A stretch of DNA of 64,000 bases from an uncultured candidate division Zixibacteria bacterium. Its GTDB lineage: Bacteria; Zixibacteria; MSB-5A5; UBA10806. This document shows, piece by piece, positions 57,941-64,000 of this stretch (its first letter is position 1; each line of letters begins with the position of its first letter). The stretch covers positions 1,344,001-1,408,000 of the forward strand of contig CAWDFP010000006.1 in assembly GCA_963801605.1 (NCBI GenBank), read 5' to 3'. The notes below the pieces were generated by a model. The model was given only the letters and a program-made list of their open reading frames with translations. It made no database searches and was not told where the DNA came from. The translations under genes and the position numbers were made by a program.

Positions 57941-59007
57941 ATGAGTACGGAAGCCAAAGCATTTGTGTTAATGTCTTTTCAGCCAGAATTTAAATCGATT
58001 TATGAAAAATTAATTAAACCTACGTTGGAGGAGGTTGGCTATTTAGTTGAAAGGGCAGATAGTATATTGGATAGAAAGAATATTCTAAAGGATATTATTG
58101 AACGAATAGCGGTAGCGGATTTAATTGTAGCCGATTTAACATCAGTCAACCCCAATGTACTATATGAACTTGGTATATGTCACGGGCTTAGAGTTCCTAC
58201 TGTTATGATTGCACAGTCAATTGATGAGGTTCCTTTTGATCTGCGAGGTTATAGAATCGTTGTATATTCTAAAGAATTTGACGAAGTAGAAAAATTTATA
58301 AATGAACTTAAAAGCATTGCTCAAGGTCGAATAAACCAAACAGTATCATTTGAAAGCCCAATAACTGACCATTTTGCCAAAATGGAAATATCTAATAATG
58401 CCAATGATATTAAAATGTCTGAAGCTTTAAATAGTTTAGATGAATTAGAGGAAGAAGGTTTCCTTGATCTTTGGTGAGGTTAGAAGGCAATACAAAAATA
58501 ATGGAATTTAATTTGAGCACTATTACAGAAGCAACGCTTGAAATAGGGCAGAAAATTGATATGCGTGCCGCGGAGATAAATGAAGTTGTTGGTAAACCCG
58601 GTCCAGGGAGCGCATCAGCATTGCATAAAATATCAAATTCTACTGCTAACGACCTGATTCAATATTCTGATAAAATGGAAGGAGCTATACCGAAATTTGA
58701 ATCAGATATGGAATTATTGCTAGATACATTTTCAGCGGGCGTTAAAATATTAAAAACACTACCATCTGTAAATCCCGAATCAGTTACTCAATTTAAGGCA
58801 TCTATTTTTGAATTCATGGAAGCATCGGCCACAACGCTAAAAAGCATAAAAGGATTTAAGGAAATAATGTCTAATACTAAGGGAATCTCAAAAGCGATGA
58901 ACAGGGGTATATCCCAAGTAATCAAATCCCTTGATAAGATTATTACAGTTATGGAGAAATCTGAAGCGTATTTAGCAAGGATAGCCACTTCTTTGAATGG
59001 TATGTAA
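57941..59007 (+). CDS. Nucleoside 2-deoxyribosyltransferase-like (TIR-related) domain plus helical domain; frameshift at TTT 58470-58472
   Basis: AFVLMSF, RAD, ADLIVADLT..NPNVLYELG, PFDL. One added T gives EEGFLDLLVRLE and joins the two ORFs. AT-rich. Confidence 0.7.
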
Positions 59008-59116
59008 TGGGGCGGCAAGCCTATTGGCTTTCCCTTCAATCGCGATTGGAGGGGCAGACATTGATGTCCACCAGCCACAAAACAATAGCACATATTACCT
59101 TTAAAATCGAGGCATT

Positions 59117-59599
59117 ATGGAAGAAACTCATGAACTAAAACTTGATCCGGAACATCAAGGGAATAAACCCTATTATGCAATATGCAATGAAGCTAGTGAG
59201 CTTTTAGAAAAAGTTGATAAGCTACATTTAGGATTAGATAAAATAAAAATGCCTAAATTATTTCCATTTAGGGCTAACAAGCAATTAACAAATCTTAAAA
59301 AGGAGATTAATAAAATCATCCCGGATGTAAACAATTTTTGGATTAAAGCCAAAAAATTCACAGAGCAACCTTCCTTTTATGTCACTTATCGCGCCGATGC
59401 CCCGCTTGATCAAGTAGTTGGATATTTTCATTTTTCACTATTATTATTAAATAGAATTACCACGCTTGAAAATATTGTTAATAATACTGTTCGCGATTTA
59501 CAATCTTTTTCCTTAAGGATAGATGGTGTTAAATCCCTATTTTGGGCATTACTTTTCTTTACTTTTAGCATTATTGTTACAATTATCATATCAGCTTAA
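59117..59599 (+). CDS. AT-rich hypothetical protein with C-terminal TM helix
   Basis: GAGG RBS, helical body, terminal LFWALLFFTFSIIVTIII. Confidence 0.65.
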   Translation: MEETHELKLDPEHQGNKPYYAICNEASELLEKVDKLHLGLDKIKMPKLFPFRANKQLTNLKKEINKIIPDVNNFWIKAKKFTEQPSFYVTYRADAPLDQVVGYFHFSLLLLNRITTLENIVNNTVRDLQSFSLRIDGVKSLFWALLFFTFSIIVTIIISA

Positions 59600-60041
59600 A
59601 GATAGCGATTTTGTGCCACAAGAAACGCTTAGCGACAAACGCTAACCGGTTTGTAGCCGGAGAACCCCGCGGTCTCCGGTTTTTATTTTTCGGGAGGCAT
59701 TCAAACTCCTTCCTCAGCCCCCCCCCCCGCCCCCCAGCATACCACCCCCTTGCCAGCACTTCTGAAGACCTATTAAATAATGCGTCAGGTCTCGGATGCC
59801 TAAGACCTGACGCAACCGTAGACGGATACTTGACATCCCCCACCGTCCCCCTATATCTTTGCCACCTTTAGGGTTCGATGTTTTTGGGCGGTCCAGATGG
59901 CCCCATAAATGAGTGAATCGGCAGACGAGGGCGTCTGCCGCGCAGGACCAGGAACAAAGACGGAGTTTTCGCTGTATAATCGACCTGAAAATGGTTGAAT
60001 AAATGGACCGGGGTCGAACATGACGACCAGGGAGGTTTTTA

Positions 60042-61028
<987 letters not shown>

Positions 61029-61039
61029 GCATAGGAAGT

Positions 61040-61157
61040 GTAGGTCGGGTTCCGAGAAACCCGGCATTTCTATAAAATTGTATTCTATGTTTTTTGAATA
61101 TTCGAGGTACGTTCGCCCCCCGATAAGATCAGGGTTCTCACTCGGAACCCGACCTAC
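61040..61157. repeat. REPIN-like inverted REP doublet between moxR and DUF58
   Basis: Perfect 17-bp inverted repeat GTAGGTCGGGTTCCGAG / CTCGGAACCCGACCTAC. Confidence 0.8.
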
Positions 61158-61185
61158 GTCGGGCCGAAAATATGCAGAGGTTTAG

Positions 61186-62067
61186 ATGCTCCCACGGGAG
61201 ATATTAAAAAAAGTCAAACGAATCGAGATCAGAACCTCTCGGATGGTCAACGAGGTTTTCTCCGGCGAGTACCATTCCATCTTCAAAGGCCTGGGGATGG
61301 AGTTCTCCGAGGTTCGCGAGTACCAGCCGGGCGATGATATCCGCAATATCGATTGGAACGTCACCGCGCGTTACGGCCATCCCTATCTGAAAGTTTACCG
61401 CGAGGAGCGCGAATTGACCGTCATGCTCATGGTCGATCTTTCGGCCTCACAGAATTTCGGCACCGGCGAACGTTTCAAGACCGAGGCCGCCGCCGAGATC
61501 ACTGCGCTTCTGTCGCTGGCCGCTATCAAGAATAACGATAAGGTCGGTCTTCTCGTTTATACCGATAAAATCGAAAAATATATCATCCCGAAAAAGGGAC
61601 GAAACCATGTTCTGCGCTTGATTCGCGAGATCATCTATTTCAAACCGCAGGGCAAAGGAACCAACACCGGCGCCGCTTTGGAATATCTGCTTGGGGTGAT
61701 GAAAAAACGCAGCGTCCTTTTTCTGATCTCCGATTTTCTCGATTCCGGATTTGAAAAACCGCTCGGCGTCGCCGCCAGAAAACACGATCTGATTGCACTC
61801 AAGATCAACGATCCTCTGGAAACCGATTTCCCCAAAGCCGGGCTTATCAGATTCCACGATCTCGAAAGCGGCCAGGAAAGATTAATTGACACCTCCGATC
61901 CTAAATTTAAGGAGCAGTTCCGATCTCGCGTTCGTGCCCGCAATCTGCAGTTCGAAAAAATGACTACTAAGATGGGAATCGACCGCGTCTTCATTCCTGC
62001 CGGCGGCGATTATTCGATTCCCCTTATCAGATTTTTTGAAATGAGAGCCAGGCGTATAAGACATTAG
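61186..62067 (+). CDS. DUF58 protein
   Basis: G.GMEFSEVREYQPGDDIRNIDWNVTAR, ISDF. Confidence 0.93.
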   Translation: MLPREILKKVKRIEIRTSRMVNEVFSGEYHSIFKGLGMEFSEVREYQPGDDIRNIDWNVTARYGHPYLKVYREERELTVMLMVDLSASQNFGTGERFKTEAAAEITALLSLAAIKNNDKVGLLVYTDKIEKYIIPKKGRNHVLRLIREIIYFKPQGKGTNTGAALEYLLGVMKKRSVLFLISDFLDSGFEKPLGVAARKHDLIALKINDPLETDFPKAGLIRFHDLESGQERLIDTSDPKFKEQFRSRVRARNLQFEKMTTKMGIDRVFIPAGGDYSIPLIRFFEMRARRIRH

Positions 62068-62069
62068 TT

Positions 62070-63044
62070 ATGAAAGCGATTTTGGCTGATAAAATATTCC
62101 GTCCACTCAATTTTTTGCCGATTGCCCTTTTTATTTTGATATTCGCGGCAAATTCATCGGCTCTAACAATCAGGTCACACGCTTTCCCGGAGAGCCTGAC
62201 AGTTGGAGATCGTTTCCTGTTTATCAATACGATCGAGCTTCAGCCGGGCATGGAAGTTGATCCCGTTACCCCCGATGAAAAGCTTGGCGATGCCACGGTT
62301 CTCTCGCGCGTTTTCAGGATGGAGAAATCGCCTGCCAACAGCGTCGCCTATGGTTGTACACTGGCAGTCTATCAGCCTGGCCCGGTAAAAATTCCCACGC
62401 TTGCCTTCCGAAGTTCCAATTCCGCTGACACCACTACCTATACCGGTGATTCTTTGACCGTCAATATTCACAGTATCCTGCCGCCTGATACCACCGGTCT
62501 TCAAATGGCCGATATCAAAGGGCCGCGCCGTTTGCGCGAACCGATCTGGCCGTATCTGGCAATTATCGCCGGAGTCGTGCTGCTGATTTTTGGAGGAGGA
62601 TATCTCTATCGCCGGTTCACGGGCAAGATCGTTGCCCCAACATTACCGCCCGTGCCGCCCTGGGATATCGCCTGGCAGCGTCTCGATACCCTGAAAGGGG
62701 AGAGGCACGCCGAATTCGGACGGTTCAAGCAATTCTATTTCGAACTATCTCTGATTATCAGAGGCTATATCGAGGGCCGCTACGAAACTCCGGCCGTTGA
62801 AAGCACTACCTATGAGCTTGAGGACGATACCAAAATTAAAGCCGGATTATCCGATGATCTCTATCGTAATCTTTTTGAATTCTTTATGCGCTCCGATTTG
62901 GTCAAATTCGCCAAATCGATTCCCACTACCAAGGACGCCGAAAAAGATATGGCCTTCGCCTATGATTTGATCCTTCAAACCAAGCCGCTGCCTGTTCCCG
63001 AAACAACTCCGGAGAAACCTGCTCCGGTGGAGGCGCAGGACTGA
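62070..63044 (+). CDS. Bat-operon membrane protein (BatD-like N-terminus)
   Basis: Signal peptide, Ig-like domain, DIK + TM, ESTT.E and DLVKFAK motifs. Confidence 0.7.
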   Translation: MKAILADKIFRPLNFLPIALFILIFAANSSALTIRSHAFPESLTVGDRFLFINTIELQPGMEVDPVTPDEKLGDATVLSRVFRMEKSPANSVAYGCTLAVYQPGPVKIPTLAFRSSNSADTTTYTGDSLTVNIHSILPPDTTGLQMADIKGPRRLREPIWPYLAIIAGVVLLIFGGGYLYRRFTGKIVAPTLPPVPPWDIAWQRLDTLKGERHAEFGRFKQFYFELSLIIRGYIEGRYETPAVESTTYELEDDTKIKAGLSDDLYRNLFEFFMRSDLVKFAKSIPTTKDAEKDMAFAYDLILQTKPLPVPETTPEKPAPVEAQD

Positions 63045-63045
63045 T

Positions 63046-64000
63046 ATGTTCCGTTTCAAGGATCCACTCTGGCTATTGCTTTTGATTCTTCCTGCTGGTT
63101 ATGTTTATGTCCGTTATTTTAAGTCCTTTCTAAGGCCGCCCTCGATTCCTTATTCCGATTTAAAAACATTCGATGGCATAGGCTCATCCTGGCGCACCAA
63201 ACTTGCCTCGGCCATGCCTGCCATCAAAGCGTTGGGGTTGTCAGCATTGATATTGGCGCTGGCTCGTCCGCAATCCGGATTTGGCGATACCAGGCAATCC
63301 GTCGAGGGTGTTGATATCATGCTCGCTCTCGATACATCTGGAAGTATGAAAGCGGAAGATTTTAAACCGAAAAACAGGCTTTATGTCGCCAAGGAAGTTA
63401 TCCGCAATTTTATTGAGGGCCGGGAGAGCGATCGGCTTGGCCTGGTGGTCTTTGCCCGGCGCAGCTTCACACAGTGCCCCCTGACAACCGATTATGATCT
63501 CCTCAAAACGCTTCTCGATCAAGTCGATTTCGGTATGGTGGAGGATAAAACCGCCATCGGTCTGGCCATCGCCAACGCCGCAAACCGTCTAAAAGAATCG
63601 AACGCTAAATCGAAAATTATCATTCTGCTTACCGACGGCGTCAACAATGTCGATGACCTTAGCCCTATCGACGCCGCCAAAGCTGCAGCTGCTTTGGGCA
63701 TCAAAATATATACCATCGGCGCCGGACGGCCCGGCCTGGTCGATATCCCTCTCGATACCGGTTTCGGCGTACGATATGTTCAGCAGGAATCCGAGATCGA
63801 TGAGGATGCGCTTCGCGAGATAGCCAGCATTACCGGCGGCCAGTTCTATCGCGCCAAAGACGAGACGACCTTAAAGGAAATCTACGATCAGATTTCCAAA
63901 CTTGAAAAGACCAAGATCGAGGTGCAAAGATTTTATCGCTATAACGAATTGTTCGGGCAATTCCTGCTTGTCGGCCTGGGGCTGCTCCTCGCCGAATTGG
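63046..64000 (+). CDS. batA: VWA-domain protein BatA (3' end outside window)
   Basis: Manual translation: MFRFKDP..ALARPQ..DTSGSM.AEDF (MIDAS)..TAIG..LLTDG..IYTIG. Confidence 0.88.
   Translation, partial: MFRFKDPLWLLLLILPAGYVYVRYFKSFLRPPSIPYSDLKTFDGIGSSWRTKLASAMPAIKALGLSALILALARPQSGFGDTRQSVEGVDIMLALDTSGSMKAEDFKPKNRLYVAKEVIRNFIEGRESDRLGLVVFARRSFTQCPLTTDYDLLKTLLDQVDFGMVEDKTAIGLAIANAANRLKESNAKSKIIILLTDGVNNVDDLSPIDAAKAAAALGIKIYTIGAGRPGLVDIPLDTGFGVRYVQQESEIDEDALREIASITGGQFYRAKDETTLKEIYDQISKLEKTKIEVQRFYRYNELFGQFLLVGLGLLLAEL

Noticed and set aside
59008..59660. Integron attC sites after the AT-rich genes
   Set aside because: Hairpins exist but lack RYYYAAC/GTTRRRY boxes, and there is no integrase.

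Overview
Gene-dense 64 kb window from a diderm bacterium. Strong Shine-Dalgarno sites, sigma70-type TTGACA promoters and many proteins ending in a T9SS/FlgD-type 'NYPNP' sorting tail suggest a non-Bacteroidota member of the FCB lineage (Zixibacteria-like). That assignment is an inference and has not been verified. The housekeeping and envelope backbone comprises an lptD fusion, moeA, ctpA, rnhC, efp, ftsK-lolA-rimO-slt-bamD-nadD-polA-coaE and a moxR-DUF58-batA operon. An ~18 kb T9SS-like block contains porU, a porV carrying a ~530-aa propeller/LysM-like insertion, an M6 protease, two paralogous outer-membrane proteins, an NHL protein, a 1089-aa barrel candidate with a SprA-like motif, an Omp85 protein and a DGGGP-synthase-like UbiA. 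A Zn-ribbon microprotein and a motif-degenerate Hel308-like helicase with a winged-helix tail form a two-gene operon. A REP-rich accessory zone (54-61 kb) holds an AT-rich, defence-like islet and a highly structured non-coding element that resembles an IS110 bridge RNA but has no recombinase gene. Six single-base frameshifts, five of them at short base runs and one in essential ftsK, most likely reflect assembly errors. No rRNA, tRNA, CRISPR array or transposase gene was seen.
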